NCBI GenBank assembly: GCA_000165425.1
Contig: CT868055.1
Coordinates: 124,001 to 188,000, forward strand
Direction of reading: 5' to 3'
DNA from: Paramecium tetraurelia
Lineage: Eukaryota
DNA: 64,000 nt
The notes beneath the pieces were generated by a model. That model was not told where the DNA came from and did no database searches. It saw nothing but the letters and a program-made list of their open reading frames with translations. Each line of letters starts with the position of its first letter. The stretch's first letter is position 1. Made by a program: the position numbers and the translations under genes. Shown one piece after another: positions 1 to 14,746 of the stretch.

Positions 1-1696
1 TCTACAATCGCTTATCAATCAGCAAATTGAACATTACAATCGTTACATTGAAATCCACTAGGTCTCACAACTATTCAATAAAATCCTGGTATATTTCAAT
101 GCTTGCAAAGAACTCCAACAACATCTAGATATCAAAGCTACTCAAATCAAAGACAATTACAAAGATCATGTACAAGAAAATACTGAAATCTGTAAATTAC
201 TTTCCTTAATATTCTAAATTCCATTCAAACAACATCCTCCAAATCTTAATTCCACTTTTAATTTAGAATAGCTATCTCAAACAGATCAATATTAGCATAA
301 ATTATTTGATAAATATGATTATGCTTCAAATAATACGATCTCCTTCATTAAGAACAAGGATTTACCTCCTAAACCTAAAAATCAAACATCATAATCAATT
401 TTAGAAAATGCAGGCATGACATAGTAATACTTCATTAGAAATCAATCAATAAAGAATTTTAAGTTAAAACATAACAATTCTTAGTAATCTATTGAATAAT
501 CCTCTACTAATTATAATGACAGTCAAATACAAAACAAAAATGATTAAAGCAGTCTAAGTTAAATAGATACTTCCAATATCTCTAAAATTAGATTTGGATA
601 GACTCCAAAGACGGCACATAGATAGAGTTTCTTAAGTGAATTAATTCATCTCAGGAATTAGGGTGTAAAAACTGATAAATCTGTTATCTAGGAGACAGAT
701 GTTGAAAGAAATCACAGACAATAAAAAGAATTGCTAAAGAAGATTAATAATAAAAGTAAATTAAATTTATACTAATTAGATTTCTATCAACCTTTGGATT
801 AAGTTGTTCATACATACATCAATGAAAATCTTACGAGTCATTAAAAATGCCAATCACTTGAAGAAGTTAAGCAAAATGCCAGGATCATTTGCCAAGCTGA
901 GGCAGAGGTACATAAGGAAGTACCTATAACTAAGAGTTTGTTATATGCTCGAAGGATGACATGTCCTTAAGGAGTTTTGGTGAAGGATTAAAATGCAGAA
1001 AATGAATTCAATAAGTTATTGGAGTTCAATGTTATTGAGTACTTTGATTTCGTTCAAACCAATAAAGATTAGGCTGTTACCAATTTAAAGGCATAATAAG
1101 AAAATTAACAAGTCAGAATAGCTTAATAAAATTTATTCTCGGATAACTTCATTCCCAAAAAGAAGTTGAATTTTATTGAGAACGAAGAGATCAAGCAATT
1201 AGAATAAGCTTAAGTGATTGCATAGCAAGCTGAGAATCTGCTAAAGAGGACTTAGGATAAAAGAAAATCTACTTCAAAGTAATCTAGGCTTTCCATCTTG
1301 TCTTTGATGTCAGATAAAGCCTTAAAGAAATAAGAATCCGTTATTGTTCCCATTACTTAGGAACAAGTGGTGGAAAAAGCTCGAAATTCAATTAAGCAGG
1401 TCATCTCTATAAATGAAAAATAAAAAGAAATATTCGAACAGGAGGATCAATAATTAAAGGAGGTATTACTAAGTGATCTATAATTTTAGGCAGAATTACC
1501 CTATAAGTTTAAGAGATCTCTTTCTGGGAAGCATAAATCAAAGCAAGAGGGCAAAAGCATCTTGATTAAACAAGAATTCGGCCATCTCTGTTCATCGACA
1601 AAGAACATTAGGGAGAAGGACTTTAGCATACTCAACAATAATAATAATAATGAATAAAAACTAAAAGGAATAATAAGTTTAGAGAAGATCAAATGA
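1..1696 (+). CDS. Hypothetical low-complexity/coiled-coil protein, 5'-truncated by the window edge
   Basis: Frame starting at position 2 is open under code 6 (LQSLINQQIEHYNRYIEIHQ...) and is in phase with TGA at 1694-1696. No family motif recognised. Confidence 0.7.
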
Positions 1697-1725
1697 ATAA
1701 TAATATAGTTTTTATTAATATTGTT

Positions 1726-2603
1726 TCAAAATGGTTGACTTAACTATTTAAGTTATCTAGAAAATTGTGAAATGTCTTATTAAGTGAAGATCTTCACTAA
1801 TTTATTGGAGGAACAGTTTTTGCATCCATCACATTTGCAATTATCAGAGCATTCAATGCCCATTTAATAGCACTCACAATATTTCTTTTTGCAACCACTT
1901 TTTCTGCAATTACATCCCTATGATTATATCTCTAAATTACTTTGGAATGAGCCATTTTCTAATCAACTTCCTTTACTTTCTGATTGAATGCTTCTGGATT
2001 CCTTTCCACCATCTTCTCCCTATATAGATTTCTCTCTATTAGATTTGAACTGTTATTAAAACATCCGCAACAATTACATTTAGATGAACATAATTTATTA
2101 GCTGCAAAACAATCACAATATAATTTAAGGCATTTGCTCTTCTTACAATTACAGGGCTTAACTTCTTCAATCCTATAATAAAATTTAATTAACAAAATAA
2201 ATTTTATTAAGTTTATATTTTGAATATGATATTTGAATTTAAAATATAATTCTTTATATCGTATTGTTATTATAAGACATATAGGGTACTTACTCTTATT
2301 TTTAATTGTTAGTATTGGTTTGAAATAAATTTTAAGCCAAGTTATTAAAATTTCCGATTGAATTCTGTGATTAGAACTTTAAAAATGATTTTTGTTCTGA
2401 ATTACATAAGGAAATATTTTTTGTTTATGGAGTTCTATAATAATTAGTTGGAAAACATACTAAAAGTTGCTTTTGTTTAGAGTTTATGGAAATGTTATCT
2501 CATTACTCTAGAATATTTTCTTAAAAGGTGGAGTAGATAAATTTAAGTTCTTATTTGTTTCTTAGGACTCAAAGAAGATAGTATCACAGTTTTTATAAGA
2601 CAT
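1726..2603 (-). CDS. Tesmin/TSO1-like CXC (CRC) domain protein, LIN54-like
   Basis: Two CXC domains: PCNCKKSKCLKLYCDCFA..CSSKCNCCGCFN and GCNCRKSGCKKKYCECY..CSDNCKCDGCKN, joined by the RNPEAF linker. A 23-nt intron lies at 1918-1940. Confidence 0.9.
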
Positions 2604-2685
2604 TGACAAACGTATTTAAATTTTTTAAATTAAAATCAAATATTGGCAGCATTAATTGTATAAATACATCAGTTAATATTGAGAT

Positions 2686-4228
2686 TCATTCCATTTATTT
2701 TTATAATTTGAGAATCCTTTCATAAAGCTAATTGTATTTCATATCACCCAATTTCGCATATTCTCTCGACAGATTAGATATGGATTCAAATTGGCCAAAC
2801 TTACATTCGAACATATCTAATTTCTAAATAATATCATGCTTTTGAGGCACTAATTAAGCCAATAATTTCTCATGATTCATCTAATCAGAATAATTCTTAC
2901 TTCCTTTGATTTAATCTTCGACATGGCAGTCTTGAAATCGAATCCCTTATCATACACTTGTTTCCTATTTCCTTCTTACTTAATCTTATCTGACAAGGTA
3001 TCCTACACCTTAATACAAAAACAATACAGTTGTTTCACATAATCATATTCAATAACTAAATTACAAAATGATTTAGCCTCATTCAACAATAATTCGTAGG
3101 GTTAATTAAATTATTTTTCAAATAAACATTATATTTCATCGATATCATACAAATTCATACTCAAAAACTATTTTTCAATAAGATACTATAAATCACTACA
3201 TTCTTTAGATTATCTTAACATAAATCGAATTGTTTAATTAGTAAAATTATCTATCAACACAGAGTGATTATTCAAAATATAAAATACCTGATATTAAAAT
3301 GTTAATTGTCTCAACTTTTGACATTCCGAATCTTCAAAGATTAAATTCTCTAATTTTTATGGAATGTAAGATTTCAATGTTTTGATTAAATATTAAGTTC
3401 CTTTGAACAATTAAGCCAATCCCTATTGTGATAATTTAGTTTTACTTCGATGTTTAATGGTAAATTTGTTAGGTTGTAAGTGAAATTCATAAATCCAACA
3501 AATTTCTATTCATCTTCTAAAAAGTGTTCTAATTTGCTATTCCCTTTCCAAATTTGACAAGTGTATTCGAATGTCAAAATTAACTTGTAAATGTATACCT
3601 TCAACTCAAATTATCTTATGTCTTTCGAATCTCCGTAACGTTATCTACGATTAGAGGACTGTGTAGCCAATTAATGCTTTTCACTAGAAACTTCAGTATT
3701 TTAAGATCTTTAATGGGAATGGACTTTGACTTATGATTTGCCTAACCTAATTTTGACCAACTTATTAATCCTTTCAAGGTTCAAATCCTTCTATATTAAA
3801 GACTATAGAAATTATTATTAGTTATCGAAACTGTTTAGGTGAGATTAAATTTAATTGCTAAATAATTATCTCTTTTCAGTAGACTTTTGACTTTCCCTAT
3901 TGTGTACTTGAATTATTTTTATTTTGGTTGAATTAGTTAACTAACATTGAGAGTTATTTGAATTTTGAACTTCTTTCTACAAAATTAATTTTCTTCTTTT
4001 CATAATACGCATTTACCCAATAGGATTTTAATGGTATTCAGTAATATTCTCAAGACCTTTTATATGGGATTTGGAAGTTGCAGAATTGGAGTACTTTGTT
4101 ATAGAATTGACCATCTTTCTGTTTTCACTTTTTGATCTTGCTATTCTTGTAGTTTATGTCGTAAGTTAATATTCCTTGGTCTTTTCAATTAAATCTTCTC
4201 CATAATAAAACTTATAAGTATTATTCAT
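2686..4228 (-). CDS. Hypothetical protein
   Basis: ATG at 4228 (MNNTYKFYYGEDLIEKTK...), code-6 frame with at least one tiny intron, TGA at 2686. No motif recognised. Confidence 0.65.
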
Positions 4229-4460
4229 ATTGGTAATTATATAAAAACTTAGAAATTATATTGAGTGGATAAATTTAAATTCTAGTGATGATGTCATCTA
4301 ATCTCATATTTTAGATTAGGATTAATAATCTATAATTTTAAATTTATCGCTTATCATCAGATGAAGTAATTAGCAATATCTAGATAAGCATATAGTTCTT
4401 ATCTTATTAGTATTTCGTATTTATCCTATCATTTTATAAATTGTAAATAGAATTAATAGT

Positions 4461-4497
4461 AAATAAAATAAATAAATAAATAAATAATAATAATAAT
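4461..4497. repeat. Short (TAAA)n/(TAA)n microsatellite
   Basis: aaataaaataaataaataaataaataataataataat lies immediately 3' of the stop of the 4498-9000 gene. Confidence 0.6.
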
Positions 4498-7400
4498 TCA
4501 TATTATTAATTTAATCTACTTGATGATATTTTTATTGATCATCACCTTCATTGGAATGAATCTCAATGAGTATCTAATTGAAAAGTAATTGCTAATAATT
4601 TGGTGAATTAACAACCCATTAATACTAAACAATAACAAAGATATGAAGATTCCTAAACTAAATAACAAGACAACAATCATTTCAGTCTCTTATGTCAGTT
4701 CATTCTTAGCTATTTGGATGAAATAATCAGAGAACAATCTCAATTAGAAATTGGTGGCATCTAAACCCCAATATATATACATGAAGTATTCTCTTGAAAA
4801 CAAAACATCCAAAAAATCATTGAGAAACTCCGATTTTGTTTCATTTTTATCATTCAATCCTAGACTCTGAGTAGCCAAGAAGGTTTGTTGGTACAATTGG
4901 ATTAGTCCAACCTCAAAGAATTTACTCAAATCATTGACTAGAAATCTCTATTTGAGCAATTCAGTTTATGCATCACAACCTACAAGTAAGCAAATATCAT
5001 TTAGCAATAATGAAGCCTTTTCATCATCTGGCAGATCTTAAGTAACACTTGTGAATGGTTCCTAAACTAAATTTAGATAGGATTGAAGTATATCATTCTT
5101 ATTCAATTCAAGTAATTACAGAATCTTGTTATTGCCTCTAATATTTCCATTGATATTTGGAGTATTCTCATTAACTTCAATATAAAAGTTATAGAATGTC
5201 TTGAAATTGTAACAGTCCCAATTGTTGATAAACTTTATGAACTGTAATCTTATTTGTATACCTGATAATGCAGTATTCACAATTGGATTTATTTGATTTG
5301 AGTAGTTATTGTATTGGATTTAAAAGATTACAAAATAGATGATCAACAAAACAAAAATAATTGTTTACATTATATAATACATTGGTAGATTGAATTAATC
5401 GTCTAGTTTTATATTCTATGACCCTTGAGTTTGGGTTTTTGAGACATCTTAACTCATTTCATAGAAGCTCTAGAAAAATTTGCTATTGAACCAAAATTCT
5501 TCAATTTTCACATTTTAAGATACAAATTCAAGTCTTTGCAATTCATCATCAATATCTCGATTATCTAATCGTTAAAAGATCTGGAGAATCTATTTAATCT
5601 TGTAGATGATTCTTGCAAGAGTTAACATTAACATGGTATAAAACACTAAAATCCCTATATAAAAGCTATAGAAGACTATCTAAACCTGATTGTCAAAAGC
5701 ATTGTTATATTCCTAACTGTTTTAGAGACATGTCTCTATAAATTGTTAGGTTATATCACATACATCATTGAAATTCAAAAATAAGATAGATCTTGTGTTT
5801 ATTTATGGAAATGTATCTAAAGTACCTTTTAAATAGAGAGATGGATCACCAGCAAATGTTTTAATAGCCAAATAAAATAATTAGTTCATTATTTCATAGT
5901 ACGCTGCCTATGTTTAGATAACTTGAGTTTGAATTGAATGGACTTAATAGTCTACAAATTTAAAGTCAATTAGTTTCTCTTCCTAGTAACTGTTTAAGAC
6001 AGTTTTATAATTTTCATATAAATTGATTAGATTCTAACAATTTTCTTTGTAAATCCATAAGGTGAACTCAATTTTATCACTTGTTGTAATGGACACTTAG
6101 ACATCTTGATCAATATTAATGGTTTGGTTTTAGGGAATGAAGTTATTAAAATCTCTGTAGAAAACTGTGTGTCGACTGCCCTTCAATATGATACCATAAT
6201 AATCTAGGAATTCAGTCCCATAATAGAGTCTATTGAAACAGATATCTTGTTCATTTCTCTTTTGCAGTAGTAACATATAGATCACAACTAATCCAATGAT
6301 AGAAATACACATGTTCACCAAAGAAAGAAGCATGAATTGTTTAATTGCCGTTGGTAGTGTTTATTAAGAAATAAAAACCAATAGCTCATCAGATGATTTA
6401 ACAACAGTAGCAGTACTTTGTCTAGAATGCAATGATTTTATAACGTTCTCATTCTATTTTGATTTACTTCTACTTTTCCTAATTATATTGAATTAATATT
6501 ACTTTTTGATAATCTCCTTTTTATTGTCCTCGAAATGATCCTGGATCTATTGTTTTTATTCGCTGTCAAATTAGGTCAAATCTATGAGGAGTCTATAATA
6601 AATGTAGTACTCCGAATCATCGTCAATGTCATATTAAATAGTTTATAAAGAAATTTCATAGTCCACTTAAGAAATTTTATCCACTGATATTGAGTTGACT
6701 GAAGCAACACTATATTATTCTAGTTTTTCGATTTATTTAGAGAAATCAATGTCTTTACTGATATTGCATGACTTTTAATTGGATGATCGCATAAAACGAC
6801 TCATAACCTAAATGATTTGATTTTAAAAGTAGAGAGGTTTAGCATTATTTGGTGAACTGTGAAAATAAATTAAGTTCTCTCTTAGTTATGGAATCATCTA
6901 AAATACATTAATTTAGTTTAGTTACAATTAAGACTAATTGATTATTAATTTAAATTTGTTATCTGAACACATAAGATTAAAGTTGTAATCCAATAGAATG
7001 ATAGCATTATTCTTTGATTTAATTTTGTACAAATAAGTTATCAACTGATATTTATTTAGATTCTATTTAGGGAAGTAGGGAAAAAGGATCATCTTAACAG
7101 GAATTATAGTATTTGCATCTGGACTGATCATGCTTTCGATTTGGGTTCCAATGATTTTCGATTTTCCTTTTTGCAAGTATTAATCTATCAATTTGACATG
7201 AGATGGTCGAAAAGAAGGGTGAAGTATTTGAGAGACTGAATTAAGGACGAAGTGTTCATCTAATTCCAGAAATTGCAATTGCTTTGATGTTATTTTCGAA
7301 GTGATTTCTCCTGATTCTTTCTCATTCAATGAAAGCAACCAAACTGATTGCAAAGTTAGAAGTAAAGGCTATGTTTGTGAATTCATCTTCTCTATATATT

Positions 7401-9000
7401 TCATTCTAAATTATTTCGTCTATTCTGATCTAATTATCAATTTATTCTCTCAGGTTCTAAGTCAAAAAGGATATCAAATGACATATACGAAGTGCAAAGA
7501 TGTTGTTTAACTTTTTGTTATCATAAATTTTCAGATCTCTACTCTTCTTTATTAATTCTTGGATTGTCTCCTTCAATCTATATAGGGAATCGTAAAGTTT
7601 CTAAAAGTTCTGAATGCTCAGCAACTTCAACGATTCGTAAAATTTGTATTTCTCCATAATTACCTTCAATAATTCTTATTGAACTATCAAGCCTTCAAAT
7701 TTCAATAATCTCATCTCTTCAATAAATTTTACTTGTTACTTCTATTGCATTTCTCTCTTCAACTTCTCTTACAGCACTTATTCCAAATAATGAAAGATTT
7801 CTAATATATACCCATTCTAAACATTCTTCTTTTGATTCAATATTAACTAATGTGCTTGGATTGTGTTATTGGAAATATCAATCAATATCAATATATACTG
7901 GAGTGCATTCTCCTCAGTGAATTTCTAGGACAATAGATTCTTGTAATATAAATTGATGATTTGACTAATTTCTCTCTCGGACAACTTGCGAACATCCTGT
8001 TTACATGGACACCTCGAGAGCAGACAATGCATTAGATGTTGTCTATGTAAGTACAAGAATTCTATGGCTTGATTATAATTTGATCGGTAATTGAGGTAAC
8101 CATTGTAGTATTATTAGTAGAATGATACTGATTAATGATTTGTAAACAATAGTTAATTAGCTTATTAATTAATCATCGTCTAAAAGGATTAGGTAAGCTA
8201 AATTATCAAAGTAATATTACTGTAAGAATTAGCATAAAATCATATATCATTTAATCTTGTCCTGTCATTTAAGAATATGAGTTGGCTATAATAAAACTTA
8301 TAATAATTGAATATACTCTTATTTCTTAGAAGTATAGATCAGAATGATTCAACACTATCTCGCCATATAACCATATGATCATGTAAATAAAATAAATGAG
8401 ACTAAAATATTGCAAATAATAATTGATTTCGAATAATTTCGAGTACAATATGATCTACTAAATGATCAATATATTAAACAGTGCCAATTTAGAAAATTGC
8501 TTATTTATGTTCAAAGATTTGAAGTGGATGTTCTAAAAGTAAAAACTTTACGTTAATCCAAATAAGAAAATCGAAATTGTGTTCAGCACACATATTGCTA
8601 TCTTTTCAGTTTCATTCATGTTCAATGAAAAATTTGCAGAAATTATTTAAAAAGGAATCAAAAACAATCGATCATAATTACTTAGTAATAAGCGAAAGAA
8701 TACCGCAGTATTTACTTTCAAATTAAAATAAAAGGTAAACGATAAAATTATGCTAAATAAGGCTATGTTACACGCTGTAACGAAATAAGGGCTTAACTCA
8801 CTTAAAATTGAATTGTAAATAAAAGTTAATATTGGTATTTTGGAATCGCAAATTTAAGATTCAATCATGAAAAGCTCAATCAAGTAAATTGGAATGATAA
8901 AGTATTGGATTACAAATAATTCAGTTGATTAACTTTGAGAATCATAACATTAGACCGATGCCATAAACCCTCTGTATTTTTTTATGAATTTCTCACTCAT
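4498..9000 (-). CDS. Large multipass membrane protein with central PAS-like segment (TmcB/TmcC-like, ciliate-expanded family)
   Basis: About 1500 codons. Hydrophobic N-terminal block, central LHPSFRPSHVKLIDQYLQKGKSKIIG...PVKMILFPYFP, further TM blocks, and C-terminus ...IRYSLRFIPMKVMINKNII. Family assignment is by recalled motif resemblance. Confidence 0.65.
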
Positions 9001-9863
9001 ATCACTAATTATCATAATTTTAATAAATTATTCATCTAATTTTTATATTCAAACAATTATTTATTTATACATTTATCCATACAAATTGTACTATTATTTA
9101 AATAGTTATCCCTTTTAAAGTGGCAATCTAAGAGACTCCACATTTTTATTATTAAAAATGAAATAATAATAACTATAATTGTATTTGCTTAAACAATAAA
9201 AAAGTAAATTCATTTTCCATCTCTATGTTCTTAATTTATGAAGAATATTTATTATTTGTAATAGATTCTCCACAAATTATTTTTTTTAATTTTAGCATCA
9301 TTTTCAAATTAATAACTAAAAGTCTCTCATTCTTCTACAATTCTATCTTATACTAATAATTAATCATCCATCAATTAATTTAAAAATAGAAACAATTCAA
9401 TATAAAAACATTAATTTCAAAATTATATAACTTTAATAATTCCAACAATTAGATCTAAAATTCAACAAACAATCCTAACCTTCTAATCCTATCATCATAA
9501 CTCAATGTTTTTTTTGATTAATAAATAAATTCAAATTCTTAAGTTTTTCTTTGAGAATAGAGAATTTAAAGTAAAGTTAAAAATTAAATATAAATTACAA
9601 TTATATTATAGATATAAAAAGTATAAATCAGAAAAACTATGGTTTATTTCATTCTTACTTCTTAAATTCAGTAAGTTCTATTTTCGTTTTATCTCTTTTA
9701 TACCATTGTAAGAGTGTATAATTTGAATTTGAGTGAAAATATTAATTAATAGGAGCTAATATTGATAGTTTCATCTAAAACTAATCTAGATCTAACAGGG
9801 ACTAACACTTTCTTTTAATTAATCTAACCTTATCAATAAGTTTTTAATATTTATTGTTTAATT

Positions 9864-12800
9864 ATGAAAGCAAACAAAATTCAAAGAATATCAAACAGAA
9901 TCAAAAAGAAAACTATTTAAGCCTTGCTTTACATTTCAGAAGATGGATTTGATATCACGAAAAGCTCCTTTTTTAATTGTCTCAAAATGATAATGTATTT
10001 TCTATAGTTGGAGGGATATGTTTTTAGTTAATATGAATCAAAACCCTTAACATTGAAAGAAAACATTTACTTTTCCAATTATACACAATTATCTGCGTTT
10101 ACATTTATTCTTTTTGAAATTGGGAATGATCTCTTAACATAAACATTTTTTTACCTAATATTTTTCTTGCATTTAGTAATATACTTACTGCTTCTAATAT
10201 TATCATTAGATAAATCCATCGAGAAAACAGGAATAACAAAAAAAATGTTGAACTTATTTTTTACTAATTATTAATGGATATTTGTGACACCTTTTTAAGA
10301 AATTAGTGTCGGAGTAATGGTTTGCGGTGACAATGCCTTTATCAAATCAAACCAATTTTCTCAAGACTGTTAATAAACCAAAAGTCATTTTTTATATATT
10401 TTTGGAACAATATCAACAATCTTTGTATTTATATCTGGTTTTTCAATTTCCTATTTTTTTAGAAATTATTAATTCAATGATAAGACTTTTTCAAGATAAT
10501 TCAATTATGTAACTATTCTAAGGATATTGCTCCATCAAATTGTTATTATCTTATATTACATCAATATGAGTAGCATTGATTATGTAAAACACACAGCCTC
10601 GTAAATAATAGGATTAACACTAATTTTCGATATTTTGTTTAATTAGCCATTTGGACACTCCTTTGAGTCTAAGTTTTATAGTGCGGCAACTCTTAACCAT
10701 CAATGTCTCTTGATATTGACTACTATTTGGATCTTTAGATCTAAACAAAATGATGAGTTTATTTTTTTGGCTTTCCTAATTTTTATTCCAGTAACATTAC
10801 ATTTTCTATTTAGATTAATACATTTGTGTCCAATCAATTTTTAAGATTGAAATAATTGGAAATTTATAATTCATTTAATCCTTTGGTATTTTAACGCAGA
10901 TTTGATAAGCAATTAGAGGAAATATATCGAGTGGCAGAATCAAGTGAATCCAATGTAGAATCCAAATTATTATTGCATTTGATTTTTAAGAATCATATTT
11001 CTATTTGCAAAGACATTGAGTGTTTATGCATGCAAAATTTAAAATCATTCTTCATTAATAGTTCAATCAATAGCAACGCACTGAATCGGTGGTCAACCAT
11101 ATTATTTTAAAAGCAATTAAACTTTGCTCTAATTCATAAGGATTTTGATGTCTATGAACATCTTTCATTGAAATTTGTCACATTTCTAGCCAAATATTAG
11201 AACAACCCTATTAATGCTTACTCAATATTGTAAAAGATTATGAGTAGCCAATAATCTTAATCTTAATTGTCACCAAATAGAAGATAAACTACAACTTCAT
11301 TTTATTTCAAAAATATCTAATAGATTCTTTTGAAACGCAATCGAAAATAATTCATGAGTCAATAAGTACATTGTTCAAAAAAGGTTGAGTCCTTATTACA
11401 AGGATAGGCTTAAATAGAAAATATTGGTACCTAAATATAAGAGGAATTGTTAAAATTAGCAATGGAAAAGTAAAGGTTTTGGGAGAACTACGCCAATAAC
11501 AAAATAGCATCAATCTAGCTATTGGATTAAGCATTGGATAGAGTTTAACAAATGATTAATCAGACAAACTATGCTGTTTAGCAATTGAGGAATAAAATAC
11601 AGCACTTAGTTAGTCATAAAAATGATTGTGTCAGTATTTTAAATTTTGAATTGCTCTATAAGATTTGTACAACAAATAATGCTTAAGAGATTTATGCTAT
11701 CCAGTAGAAAATCAAATCAATTTTATTTGCGGACTAGTACGAGGATGAATGCTACTTGAATATCCACTTTCAAACCAAAGAATGCATATCTTTAATAGCA
11801 AATGTTTCTTAGTATAAAAGAGGAGAACTTTGGAAACCAAATCAGGCTGTTATACAGAAGTTCTTTCAAACAAATAAGGAAATTAAGCACTTAAATGATT
11901 TGTTACCACATTTCATAGCTGATATCCACAATGGAATCATAGAAAATTACATTAGATAAGGTAAAAGTTAAAGGAGTGAGGCAATCATATCAATTCTTTC
12001 CATCATCGGAGAAGAATACATTTAACCAATAACATTTACTCTCAGGTTCTTTTTCCCCAAATTTGATTCTGATAATGATTTTTACATGATAGGATTTCTA
12101 AAGAAGGATGAAGAAGTTAATGATAGCAATTAAAATGAAAAGAAAGTTCCAGGATATATTTGTTTTGATCAAAATTTAAATGTATTAGCTATTAATTCTG
12201 TTGTTGCCAACAAATTAAATCTCAAAATTTAACGTTATAATAATTATAACGGATTAGATATTTGCTCATTATTACCCACAATATTATCTTCATTGATCGA
12301 TTAATACAAGTAAATCTTAAGCGGAAAGATTGATAACCTAATTGATAACGAAATGATAATTTCAAAAAATTAAGAATTATTTTATGTTCCAAATGAATTC
12401 TCAAAAAATTATAAAATCAATCCCAATGATAGTTTAGAAGATAAAATTCGAAAATTTGAATAGATTTATGCTGAAACAAGTGAAGATTAATATCAATTCT
12501 CGAACACTTATCAAGTGGATTATCAAATATTTTCAAAGAGATTGAGATACTTTGATGAACCGTCAAACACTGTTCATTATAGAGAATTCTTTATCTTAAG
12601 ATTACAATTCTTAGAAAACACTGGGTCTAATGATAGTTACAATGGAAGAGTGTATTAATAAAATAAGAGTATATTAACAGAAATAAATGATAAAGATCTG
12701 GATGGAATGGTAGAATTGGCATCTAGCAGATCAAAATCAAGTACAAAGTCTGTACTGTAATAGATACAAATATTTCACCATCTCTTATCAAATCTAAATC

Positions 12801-14653
12801 AAAGCAAACATTAAAGATTTTTCAAAATGATAAACATTTTCTTTTTAGTCTTTTTTGTTTTCACTTTCATCTCTATTAGTTTTACTTTCAAAGATATAGA
12901 TTTTGCATTCGAAGATTGTCAGACTACATAAATTTCAATGTTAAATGAAGCAGCAGTCTACTCTAATTTAGTCAATAGTTTAAACAATCAAGGAATAGTT
13001 GATATAGCCAAACCTCAGCTTGATATTGACATTGATGATGTAAAACTCAGCATTTCTTATTTGCAATACCAATAAATTTTATCAGATTTGATAGAGTACA
13101 CATCAAACAACTTTCTAACAGTGATTCAAGAGGTTGAGTTCATTTTGGAGTTGCCTAGTAACTTCACTATGTAGTTATACTCTGAGTTTGGTTAAGGAAT
13201 AGAATATAATAAAATTGAAAATGTTTTGACATTCAGATAAATACTATCTCAAAATATTCAAAACTTTAAATCGTTTAGAAAAAAAGAAGACTTGGGTTCT
13301 ATTGTTTTGAATTATTTTAAATACATATAGCAATTAAAGCTATCCACTAAGTCATGCTTCGAGGAATTCAAAGAAGAAACCAGCGAACTAACTTCAAGAG
13401 CTTATAAAACCCTAATTTTTATGTATGTTTTATTAATTTTTATTTATTTGTCACAGATCTTTATGGTGAATAGAATGATCAAGAGACATAAATTTATGCT
13501 AAAATTATTTATAAGGACAGATTATAAAGAAGCTTTACTTGAGAATGATAAATATTCAATATTAACTTCATGGTTTACTTAAACTAAAAAAGGTTGGGAT
13601 CAAAAAAGTATGTCAAGTTTATTGTCATAACTAAATTTAAGTGTTAAGTCTTTAAAAGATGAGGATGATATTATCAATGGGTTGACTTCTTCGGATAAGA
13701 GATCGACTGAGAAAGGGGAGAAGTTGATTGAGAACAACGAAAAGTTGAAGATGCATTTTTCTCACAAATACAAGAATTTTACTGGTTATATTACTATAAC
13801 AATATTGGTACTGTTCACTTTAATTTACATTTTGACTTTCCATATTCAAATAACTGAAATATCAGAAGAGCTGCTTATATTTTCCTCATTTAGTTTGTTA
13901 TTGTAAGATTATTAAATTAACTATTTGGTACAATATTTTCGATGTCAATATTACATGAATTACTAGTTCTACAATTATTTTGAGAATCAGATAATGGCGG
14001 AGATATACAGACAGGACAATTTCACAGAATAAGATCTGTAGGATGATCTACAGTAGTTAAATAAGAACGTGTTTAGTTCAATTTTAACCAATTTCGATGA
14101 TGCATTAATGGATAGGATCTTGAAGTTGAGTGAGGAGGAGTAGACTAAATTTTTTTAAGGAAATGTCTGTTGGTTGGATCAAAAGATCTGCGATGAGGGT
14201 TCTCGAAAGGTGTTATTGAAGGAGGAGATAGAGAGCTATTACAACACTAGTTTGAATCAGATATTTTTGTAACAGGGACAAATCTTTTATGAGAATAACG
14301 AGATGTACAATATGGAAGGGTTGATTGGAAAGTACGTTAAAAATTTGTTGAATTCGAAGGAGTATTTCTTAAACAATGTTTGGGGTTTCGATATCATAAT
14401 TAGTAGAGTGAGCAATTCGATTGTGTACTTTTAGAGTAGGATGAATGAAACAATCGAAGATAGCGAGACTAATATGTTTCTGTATGCACTTATGATTGGC
14501 TTAATGTATTTTTTTCTGTTGATGATGTTCATCGTGTTGTTTGAATGGTACTTCAACAAACAGGATCGGAAGAGGAGGTAGTGTTTGTTATAGATGCCGT
14601 TCTCAACTATTTTAAAGAAGAATATCTATTCTTGTCTAAAATTCATTGATTGA
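9864..14653 (+). CDS. Large multipass membrane protein with central PAS-like segment (TmcB/TmcC-like)
   Basis: ATG 9864 (MKANKIQRIS...), N-terminal TM cluster, 23-nt intron at 10791-10813, central LNDLLPHFIADIHNGIIENYIRQGKS...QPITFTLRFFFP, C-terminal TM helix then LLQMPF, TGA 14651-14653. Confidence 0.7.
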
Positions 14654-14746
14654 TTATAATAAGTTATATGTAATTAACTAATTAATAAAGATACGACATT
14701 ATTCTTTATAAAGATTACTCCATCACACATATAAATTTAATAGAAA

